Assembly (NCBI GenBank): GCA_005884195.1
Contig: VBBP01000051.1
Coordinates: forward strand, 1,550 to 65,549
Length of the DNA stretch: 64,000 nt
Reading direction: 5' to 3'
DNA from: Candidatus Bathyarchaeota archaeon
Lineage (GTDB): Archaea > Thermoproteota > Bathyarchaeia > 40CM-2-53-6
Made by a program: the position numbers and the translations under genes. The notes beneath the pieces are model-generated. The model saw nothing but the letters and a program-made list of their open reading frames with translations. It was not told the DNA's origin and made no database searches. How positions within the stretch are numbered: the stretch's first letter is position 1; every line of letters begins with the position of its first letter. Of the stretch, positions 1 to 7,427 are shown in pieces.

Positions 1-750
1 CCATCGCTGAAGAAGACTTGGAAGCCTGCCGGAGATCTTACAGAGAAAGATTGGGTCTTCTTTCCGCTCTTCAAAGGTAATAGAGAGGGCGATCCCGAAC
101 TACTCTACCTCCTCGGCCTGTACATGGCCGGAGGATATCCAACAGGCAATCAGGTCTACTTTGCACTGGGACACAAAGAACGACAACTCGCCGAGCAGAT
201 TCTTCAGATGGCGGAAAAGCACTGGAGCGTCAAGGGCTCAATAAACCATCACAGAACTGGACTGCTCGTTCGCTTTTCCAAACCAGCTTTGGCCGAATTC
301 ATGAGGAAAGAGTTCGGCAGTAGAGCGGTCAATAAGAAGATCCCGTCGTGGATTATAGAACAACGCGATCCTCAACCGTTCCTCGAAGGATGGCTGAAGG
401 GAGACGGTTTCAAGCGTGGAAACACTTGGAGGCTCACGACATCATCCAAAACCGCAGCTTACCAGGCGCTTCTCATGGGTTCTCGGCTCGGCATTCTACC
501 TGCCATCTACACGGACGACAGGGAAGCGCGAGGAATTTTCCAGGGACGAAAGGTCAACGCAAAGCCATCATACGAGATACGATTCCATCAAGACGGCAGC
601 AAATACTCAAACAAGGCAAGTCACGTAGTAAAGACGGAAAACGGCTTCTGGGTCAGGATAAACAAGATAGAGAGAGAAAAATTCTCGGGCAAGGTCTGCA
701 ATATGGAGACGCCGTCAAACACGTACCTTCTATCCTTCATCGTACACAAC
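1..750 (+). mobile_element. Intein (Hint C-terminal part plus LAGLIDADG homing endonuclease domain), truncated by the window edge
   Basis: ELLYLLGLYMAGGY (nt 97-138) and FLEGWLKGDGF (nt 379-411) are LAGLIDADG motifs. The terminal His-Asn is at 745-750 and the +1 Cys codon is at 751-753. Confidence 0.75.
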
Positions 751-1008
751 TGCGCGGATCTGCCGCCCGAGTATTCCAGCCAGGATGGAACATGGACAGG
801 CTATCGGCTAGATGGCGACAAGACCCATACTGAATCTACACTGAAAAGATACGGGCGACACAAAGCGTGGATCGATCCCACTTACAAGTTTGAGGGGAAA
901 AATGTCGTTTTAGTCTACAATGCTAGTACGAAACGACAGTCGACATTTTCAAAGTCCATAGGACCATATCAATTCTTTCTCTCATTTTCAGCCTCCTCTA
1001 GCGGCTAA
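1..1008 (+). CDS. Intein-containing protein, 5' partial (host extein unidentified)
   Basis: Frame 1 is open from nt 1, with no stop before the ATG at 124. It has two LAGLIDADG blocks and a C-terminal intein junction IVHN/C at 745-753. An 85-aa C-extein follows and ends at the stop at 1006-1008. Confidence 0.75.
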   Translation, partial: PSLKKTWKPAGDLTEKDWVFFPLFKGNREGDPELLYLLGLYMAGGYPTGNQVYFALGHKERQLAEQILQMAEKHWSVKGSINHHRTGLLVRFSKPALAEFMRKEFGSRAVNKKIPSWIIEQRDPQPFLEGWLKGDGFKRGNTWRLTTSSKTAAYQALLMGSRLGILPAIYTDDREARGIFQGRKVNAKPSYEIRFHQDGSKYSNKASHVVKTENGFWVRINKIEREKFSGKVCNMETPSNTYLLSFIVHNCADLPPEYSSQDGTWTGYRLDGDKTHTESTLKRYGRHKAWIDPTYKFEGKNVVLVYNASTKRQSTFSKSIGPYQFFLSFSASSSG

Positions 1009-1045
1009 GTATTCTTGCTGTTTGTTGAATAGACTCGCTTGAGCC

Positions 1046-1651
1046 ATGCGCTCGCTCTCAGCCAAACCGGAAGGAGAACTCATAACGATCACGCCCAGAG
1101 TCGGTGAGGGCAAGTTAGCGAGTGCGCAAAGACAATCCAGTAGACCTCCTTGGAACAAGGGTCTCAAAGGGCACGTCTGCAAGAACCCAGAGACTTGTTA
1201 TCATAAAATCAAGCCCATCGGAATGACGCGAGCTGGCCAGTCCGAGGCAATGAAACGCGCTTATGCAGAAAAACCTGGCCTCATCGAGGTTAGACGACAG
1301 CAAATGGCTGAAAGATGGAGACTAGGGCTAATCGACAAGGCAAAGATCAGGGAGGGAATAATTCGATCTCTTGCGTATCGCAGACCCATGTCGAGTGAAG
1401 GCAGGGCCAGACAAATTAGTGCGGCTCAGAAGACTGCTGCCATACTGAATTCGAAGATAGTGCCTGAACACAACGCGAAGGTTGCCTTACGAATGCAGGA
1501 GCTAATGTCGATCGGGGTTCAACTCATCTACGTCGATCTAAAGGGGCATCAGAAACCTGATCTCATCTGGTTCGACGGAAAGAGAATAGTCAGTGAGGAC
1601 ATAAAGTCCACCGGCAAAAGTGAGATAGAAAAAGAAATTATCGTGACTTAA
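1046..1651 (+). CDS. NUMOD3-like DNA-binding protein with a possible PD-(D/E)xK nuclease C-terminus (homing-endonuclease-like)
   Basis: PPWNKGLKG and MSSEGRARQISAAQK resemble NUMOD3 repeats of homing endonucleases. The C-terminal KPDLIWFDGKRIVSEDIK fits a PD...DxK pattern. The gene lies 38 nt downstream of the intein gene. Confidence 0.5.
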   Translation: MRSLSAKPEGELITITPRVGEGKLASAQRQSSRPPWNKGLKGHVCKNPETCYHKIKPIGMTRAGQSEAMKRAYAEKPGLIEVRRQQMAERWRLGLIDKAKIREGIIRSLAYRRPMSSEGRARQISAAQKTAAILNSKIVPEHNAKVALRMQELMSIGVQLIYVDLKGHQKPDLIWFDGKRIVSEDIKSTGKSEIEKEIIVT

Positions 1652-1822
1652 TGCCCGCAGTTCCAGCGAGTCTCGGTCCCACAGTAGACACAATTTTCAT
1701 TTGCCATATCATCGAAAAACGCGATTGCCTCAAGCCACGCTGCTCGTCACTACACGTGACTGTCGAATGTGACCATTCGATGTGAGCGACACTTAAGAAC
1801 CGGAATTAGATGTTAGCTCCGC

Positions 1823-3148
1823 ATGGAGACGACGACCACCCAGAAGGAGACGCTCTGGCGGAATCCCAACTTCCTAAAGCTCTGGACATCCGAGACCATT
1901 TCCCAGTTTGGCAGCCAGTTCACCGGGCTAGCCCTGCCTCTAACAGCCATTATCATTCTAAGCGCGGACCCTGTTCAGGTCGGAATACTCAACTTCGCAG
2001 GGTCTGTGCCCTGGTTGATCTTCGGGCTCGTAGCCGGCGTATGGATTGACAGGCATCGTAAACAGCGCATCATGGTTACCTCCAACATTCTACGAGGATC
2101 AATACTCGCACTAATTCCGATAGCAGCCGTCCTGGGAGTCATAACAAGACTCGGAATTCCATTTCTTTACGCGATAAGCTTCTGTGTCGGATTCCTACAG
2201 GTCTTCTTTGACATCACATACCAATCCTACCTGCCCTCTCTAGTGCGCAGGGACCAGCTTGTCGAAGGAAACCGCAATCTGCAGGCAAGCGCCTCTACGG
2301 CTCAGGTTGCTGGACCAACAATAGCGGGAATCATCATCAGCATAGTCACCGCGCCCATCGCCATTGTCTTTGATGCATTTTCATTCTTCGCGTCCGCACT
2401 CGCACTAGGACGCATAGATCATGAAGAGGTGATCGACAAAGAAATCGTGAAGCCTTCGGTATTAGCTGATATTCGAGAAGGGCTCCATGTTGTTTTCAGC
2501 AACAGAATGCTTCGGATGATCGCAGGCTGTACAGGGACATCCAATTTCTTCGGAACCGCGCTGGGCACACTCTTCCTACTCTACTTGATTCAGCCTAGCC
2601 CTGCTGGGCTTGGAGTCTCCGAAAATCTCGCCGGAGTTACCGCGGGAATCATCTTCAGCGTGGCCAGCGTCGGCGCTCTGGTTGGAGTCGCAGTCTCCAC
2701 TAAGGTAGCAAGGAGCATTGGAGTTGGACCCGCCATACTCGGGAGCATCCTCATTGGAGGATTGGGGGCCATTCCCTACTATCTGTCAGGGTCCCTAACG
2801 GTATCTCCCCTGTTTACGCTGGGAGGGTTTGGGGTCAACTGGAGCATGCTCTCCATCATGGCAGGCCAGTTCATCAGCTTCATCGCGACCGTAGTTTACA
2901 ATGTCAACCAGGTGAGTTTGAGACAGGCGATAGTTCCGCTGCGTCTTCAAGGCCGAATGAACGCGACGATGCGTTTCCTAGTTTGGGGTACAATACCTCT
3001 CGGAGCTATTACGGGCGGGATTCTGGGAGAGTTTCTGGGACTGCGGACCGCGATCGGAATAGCGATACTCGGGGGCTCGCTATCGTTTCTCTGGGTTTTG
3101 CTCTCGCCAGTGCGTTCGCTCAAGACGATACCTGAGCACATGGGATAA
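1823..3148 (+). CDS. MFS transporter (EntS/DUF894-like)
   Basis: 441 aa with about 12 hydrophobic helices. The N-terminus LWRNPNFLKLWTSETISQFGSQF is typical of the MFS_3/EntS family. Confidence 0.85.
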   Translation: METTTTQKETLWRNPNFLKLWTSETISQFGSQFTGLALPLTAIIILSADPVQVGILNFAGSVPWLIFGLVAGVWIDRHRKQRIMVTSNILRGSILALIPIAAVLGVITRLGIPFLYAISFCVGFLQVFFDITYQSYLPSLVRRDQLVEGNRNLQASASTAQVAGPTIAGIIISIVTAPIAIVFDAFSFFASALALGRIDHEEVIDKEIVKPSVLADIREGLHVVFSNRMLRMIAGCTGTSNFFGTALGTLFLLYLIQPSPAGLGVSENLAGVTAGIIFSVASVGALVGVAVSTKVARSIGVGPAILGSILIGGLGAIPYYLSGSLTVSPLFTLGGFGVNWSMLSIMAGQFISFIATVVYNVNQVSLRQAIVPLRLQGRMNATMRFLVWGTIPLGAITGGILGEFLGLRTAIGIAILGGSLSFLWVLLSPVRSLKTIPEHMG

Positions 3149-3219
3149 TCAAGAGCCCTATATCAGCGATAAGAAACGAAGATAGCTAGCGCTCGCTAGA
3201 ATATCGGCAGAATTTTCGA

Positions 3220-4053
3220 TCACGAGAATGCCTGATTCAGTTTCTTGTAGTCTCCATCTGGCACTTTCCAGTCGGAGACAGTCGCGTTTTCATGCACGTG
3301 CTGTTTGTCAGCAGCTTTCGGTATCGCTACAACATCGTCATGCTGCAAGACCCACGCGAGCGCAATCTGGTTTCGGGATCGTCCCAGCGTTCCAGCGATC
3401 TCGTCCAGGACTTTGAACGGGCCGCCGCGTCCTCGCGGGATCTTTCCCTGACCAAGAGGGCTGTACGCTATCACCGTTATGCCTTCCTTCTGACAGTACT
3501 GGAGGACTCCACCCTCCGGGCTTCGATCAACTAGACTGTACTCGATCTGGTTAGAGACTATTTTCTCGCGGGAGAGAGATTCCTGTGCCTCTCTCATCTG
3601 TTCAACGGAGAAGTTGCTTACTCCGATAAACCGGACCAGACCATCCTTTACCAGCGTCTCCATCGCCCGCATCGTCTCGGCGATAGGAATCTTGGAGTTT
3701 GGCCAGTGAAGTTGGTAGAGGTCCATTTGTTTTCGGTTGAGCCTCTTCAAGCTCATCCGCGCAGAACGCAGAACATCATCGTGCGCAAAGTGTCGCGGAG
3801 AAACCTTCGATGCAACGAAAACCTGTTCCGGGCGTCCCTCAAGCGCCTGAGCCACAACTTCCTCGCTATGGCCTCCACCATACATTTCAGCAGTATCGAT
3901 AAAATTCATTCCGAGTTCGAGGCCCAGTCTGATGGCCTCGATTGAGGCGTTGTCCTTAGACGCGTTCGGACCCATCTCGCCTCCAATCCCCCATGTTCCT
4001 TGGCCAACAACTGGAATGGACTCTCCTGTGCGGCCGAGGGTTCTGTAGTGCAA
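3220..4053 (-). CDS. Aldo/keto reductase
   Basis: MHYRTLGRTGESIPVVGQGTWGIGG, DTAEMYGGGHSEE and LYQLHWP are classic AKR motifs. Length is 277 aa. Confidence 0.9.
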   Translation of the reverse strand: MHYRTLGRTGESIPVVGQGTWGIGGEMGPNASKDNASIEAIRLGLELGMNFIDTAEMYGGGHSEEVVAQALEGRPEQVFVASKVSPRHFAHDDVLRSARMSLKRLNRKQMDLYQLHWPNSKIPIAETMRAMETLVKDGLVRFIGVSNFSVEQMREAQESLSREKIVSNQIEYSLVDRSPEGGVLQYCQKEGITVIAYSPLGQGKIPRGRGGPFKVLDEIAGTLGRSRNQIALAWVLQHDDVVAIPKAADKQHVHENATVSDWKVPDGDYKKLNQAFS

Positions 4054-4404
4054 TTGATGAACAACCGTAGTCGGAAGAAAATTCTCGAGGCTTTAAACTG
4101 GCGTACGATGACCGAAGAAGGACAACATTATGCGTCACGATAATGCCCCCCGCTCCAAGTGAGAAACGGCCCAAGAACGACCCACAGAAACGGCCGATGA
4201 AACCTGTCGAAACCGTTAGAGAATCGCCATAAATCGCCCATTATCAGCCCTGTTCCGGAATCCAAGCCCGCGATTTCCAGACACGCCATTTTCCACGCTT
4301 GTCCCTAGGGGAATACACAGGGATCGAAAGCAGCCAAGCAAGGCGATAACAACCCCGTCTCCAAGAAATAAGCCCGGAAACACCCCCCCAGACAACAACA
4401 ACCT

Positions 4405-4418
4405 CCCGGAAAAAACGG
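4405..4418 (-). terminator. Oligo-T run (T6 on the minus strand) about 112 nt downstream of hemC
   Basis: The plus strand reads cccggaaaaaacgg, so the minus strand reads CCGTTTTTTCCGGG. Archaeal termination commonly uses oligo-T tracts. Confidence 0.3.
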
Positions 4419-4529
4419 ATCTCTTGGGCAACCCCTGCGTGGCATGAGTGGTTTCTCCGAGAACAGTTGGGCTCGAACAAGTTGCCGTCCGAGAATACTC
4501 TTGGCTCATGTTTTCTGGGATGGTGTTTT

Positions 4530-5402
4530 TCAGCGACGCGCATTTCGCCATGTCTCGCCGATCCTTCCGGCTCCTTTCGCGAGAAGTTCCTCTCCTGTCT
4601 CGTGAGCTAGTCTTGTGCCGTCAGCGGAGTTTCCTGTTCTTGTCGCAGACAGTCTTTCTCTGCCATCCAAAGATAGAACACATGCTTTCACCTGAATCCG
4701 GTTTCCCCTCACTCCGGCAAGTCCGCCAACAGGGACTTTGCTTGTCTCCTCGAGAATCCGGACCAATTCTCTCTCCGCCTCCGCCTCGGCCCGCGTCGGT
4801 AGATGCTCCACTGATCTCAATATCTCGATGACCTTCAGATTGTCCCGTCTCGCAACAATCGCCAGTGCTCCTTGGCCCGGTGCTGGGATGAAATCGTCTG
4901 TGGACAATCTCTCCGAAATTCTCTCAGCTATTCCAAGTCGTGCCAGTCCAGCCTCCGCGAGTATGACCGCGTCAAACTCTCCCTTGTCCACTCTCTCGAC
5001 CCGTGTCTCCACGTTTCCAAATAGAGGCTCAGGATTTACATCCGGTCTCACACGTCTCAGCTGGGCGACTCTGATCGGGCTGCTCGTCCCAACCCTAGAA
5101 CCTCTAGGCAGATCCTTCAATCTCATGTGTCGATTACTGACAAGTACTTCAGCTGGAGAGCCTCTCTCTGGAACGCTCGCGATCACCATTCGCGTGTTCC
5201 TTTCGCTAACAGGCACGTCTTTCATGTTATGGACCGCAAAATCGACCCTGCCCTCTGAGACCGCCTGATCAACTTCCTTGTCGAATAGTCCTCTCTGTTC
5301 CAGAGAGAACAGAGACCTTCCCTTACCAGCATCCCCAGAAGTCTCCAGGATCTTCCGGTCGATTTTCAGACCAGCATTCTTCTGCTTGATCCGATCCACC
5401 AC
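4530..5402 (-). CDS. hemC: Hydroxymethylbilane synthase (porphobilinogen deaminase)
   Basis: DFAVHNMKDVP, GTSSPIRVAQL and FIPAPGQGALAI are HemC motifs. The conserved N-terminus (FLKVGARNTKLSLIQTDL) continues in frame upstream of the GTG at 5402. The true start is therefore probably near 5459 (see findings). Confidence 0.9.
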   Translation of the reverse strand: MVDRIKQKNAGLKIDRKILETSGDAGKGRSLFSLEQRGLFDKEVDQAVSEGRVDFAVHNMKDVPVSERNTRMVIASVPERGSPAEVLVSNRHMRLKDLPRGSRVGTSSPIRVAQLRRVRPDVNPEPLFGNVETRVERVDKGEFDAVILAEAGLARLGIAERISERLSTDDFIPAPGQGALAIVARRDNLKVIEILRSVEHLPTRAEAEAERELVRILEETSKVPVGGLAGVRGNRIQVKACVLSLDGRERLSATRTGNSADGTRLAHETGEELLAKGAGRIGETWRNARR

Positions 5403-5594
5403 GAGATCGGTCTGAATCAGGGACAGCTTGGTGTTTCGGGCCCCGACCTTGAGAAATATTCTCGAGTCACCGTGCTGAAGCTTTCACGATAGCACCGACC
5501 GCGTTGAATCGGGTAAACCGCTCGAAGACTGTTGCGATAATAAGACTTGACGTCAAGGTTCAATTCTAGCGAATCATAGCGTTGCAGTAGCTGC

Positions 5595-5888
5595 TTAGAT
5601 GTCGGTTGACAGCTCGCTCGTCCCCGAAGAATCCTGGTCAGTCTTCGGAGAGCTATGCAACGTCTTCACCACATCCTCAAGCCTCCTATGACTCTTCTGC
5701 AACCGAATCTCGTCCTCCTCAAACCCAAGCTCCGCCATCCCATGCTCGCTGAGGAATTTTGCAGCCCATGAAACAGCGTTGCCCGGAATGCGCAACTGTT
5801 TCGATATCTCGTCCAGCTTATGCCATGCGCCATCCACAATATGCATCCAGACATACCAGAGAAGCATCGGTCGTGGTCCGCTAGGCAA
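5595..5888 (-). CDS. Hypothetical small protein (possible winged-helix)
   Basis: 97-aa ORF. KLDEISKQLRIPGNAVSWAAKFLSEHGM looks like an HTH. I recognise no family. Confidence 0.35.
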   Translation of the reverse strand: MPSGPRPMLLWYVWMHIVDGAWHKLDEISKQLRIPGNAVSWAAKFLSEHGMAELGFEEDEIRLQKSHRRLEDVVKTLHSSPKTDQDSSGTSELSTDI

Positions 5889-5975
5889 TAGCTATAGGCT
5901 CCCGAATCCACCTTCTTGTCCCGTATCCTACTAATGCGAGTGTAACTGTGCGATTCTTTACCCAGTAACACGCTG

Positions 5976-6548
5976 GTGAACCGCTACCCCTTTGAACCGG
6001 GCTTATCGCTAATGGGTCCGAGAGGAAAGATTCTCACCTCGCTCCTCCTAATCATCATAGTCATCATTGCAGTCTGGCAGTTCGCGAGTCCCGCGCTGAT
6101 CCCGTCAGTCGGGACCAAATACGTCTCATCAACGCAGTACGCCAACCGTGGAAGCTGGGTCGTGCTGGAGGTTTCTGGTTACGGCAAAGTCTTCCTAGCC
6201 TTCTCCATCGCCAACCTGACATATCCTCGCACCACGCTCCCGACCTCATACTCGATCATCGTCAGTAAAGTGAACGAGACCGCTCTCCCCGCGTACATTC
6301 GCGGATTCACCGTGAAACTCACCGCTCTACAGATCCAAGACAGCTATGATGGTTCAGTTTCGAGCTGGGCTCCCTCAGGGAACTTCCCGGATGCGGCCCA
6401 AGCAACGACCCTCTTCAATTTCAAGACCTCAGCAAACCATCAGCTCAAGTTCACTGTAAGCTACCAGCTCTACGAGATACTCTTCATAGGCTCACTCCTG
6501 GATCACTCTGCAATCCAATCTTTCAACATCACACAGAATGTCGTCTGA
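5976..6548 (+). CDS. Hypothetical membrane-anchored or secreted protein
   Basis: The N-terminal hydrophobic helix ILTSLLLIIIVIIAVWQF is followed by a beta-rich, sequon-containing domain. An alternative ATG lies at 6012. Confidence 0.5.
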   Translation: MNRYPFEPGLSLMGPRGKILTSLLLIIIVIIAVWQFASPALIPSVGTKYVSSTQYANRGSWVVLEVSGYGKVFLAFSIANLTYPRTTLPTSYSIIVSKVNETALPAYIRGFTVKLTALQIQDSYDGSVSSWAPSGNFPDAAQATTLFNFKTSANHQLKFTVSYQLYEILFIGSLLDHSAIQSFNITQNVV

Positions 6549-6614
6549 ACAATTTTTCCATCCGCTAAAGGATTATTTATCCCGCCCCCGAGGGTCGTCT
6601 CCGACTGTTGAGTT

Positions 6615-7244
6615 TTGGCCATAACCTACGACTATATCGATGATTATCTCTACCGGATCGCCCAGCCAAGAGACCTCCTGCTCCAGAAGATGGAAGAAGA
6701 AGCCGACACGGGAGCCGTCCCAATAATCGGACCCCTTGTCGGCCGTCTCCTTTACAACCTCGCCCGTAGCAGCCAGAGCAAGAATATCCTCGAGATAGGA
6801 ACCGCTATCGGCTATAGCGGAATATGGCTAGGAAGAGCAGTCGCACCCTTGAAGGGCTCGGTGACAACCATCGACAAAGATCCGGAAAGAGTGAAGCGAG
6901 CTGAGAAGAACATCGCCGTGGCCAAGCTCCAGAAAGTCATCAAGGTCCTCAAAGGAGACGCGTTGCACATTCTACCTACTCTCAAAGACGAATATGATCT
7001 GGTATTCCTTGATTCTGACAAGCAAATCTACCTCGAAGCGTTCAGGCTCAGCGTGAAAATGCTCCGTAAGGGAGGCTTGTTCATCGCCGACAACACACTG
7101 TGGGGCGGCGACGTTGCAAAAGGAGGAAAATCAGAGCTAACTCAGACCATGATCAAGTTCAACAAGGAAGTATCCGGATATGCCGGAATGTCAACAGTAA
7201 TCGTTCCTCTACGCGACGGAGTCCTAGTCGGTCTGAAGGAATAG
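6615..7244 (+). CDS. Class I SAM-dependent O-methyltransferase (caffeoyl-CoA OMT-like)
   Basis: ILEIGTAIGYSGIWL (SAM motif I), YDLVFLDSDK and GGLFIADNTLWGG are typical of Methyltransf_3. Confidence 0.85.
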   Translation: MAITYDYIDDYLYRIAQPRDLLLQKMEEEADTGAVPIIGPLVGRLLYNLARSSQSKNILEIGTAIGYSGIWLGRAVAPLKGSVTTIDKDPERVKRAEKNIAVAKLQKVIKVLKGDALHILPTLKDEYDLVFLDSDKQIYLEAFRLSVKMLRKGGLFIADNTLWGGDVAKGGKSELTQTMIKFNKEVSGYAGMSTVIVPLRDGVLVGLKE

Positions 7245-7427
7245 ATGTTTCAGAAACCATTGCACTTTACAGCGCATTTGTGTTCAGACGGTTTTTCCAG
7301 CTACACTACAAGTTTATACGATTCTGTACAAATCTCTTTAATTAGCGGACACGATGGGTGGGAGATACTCCTGAAGTTCTCGCTCCGAAACACGGGGAAG
7401 AAGAAGTATAGGAGTTAGGTAAACACA

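Noticed and set aside
4320-4350. GAAAGCAGCCAAGCAAGGCG resembles the conserved AGCAGCCAAGGCAG of SRP RNA helix 8.
   Set aside because: The required GNRA-closed helix and the 5' strand (CAGGUCCGGAAGG-like) are absent, and no extended SRP-like structure is visible.
4421-4441. tRNA-like sequence: the minus strand reads GCAGGGGTTGCCCAAGAGATCC, similar to the 5' end of tRNA-Leu.
   Set aside because: I could find no matching 3' acceptor strand (CCCCTGC), D-stem or T-arm nearby. It does not fold as a tRNA, even allowing an intron. I treat it as a fragment or chance similarity.
7245-7427. A long leader (about 110 nt) between a TTTATA box (7313-7318) and nrdJ. I considered a cobalamin riboswitch or NrdR-type control.
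   Set aside because: I could not recognise a B12-box or any conserved riboswitch core. NrdR boxes are bacterial. A covariance-model scan would be needed.
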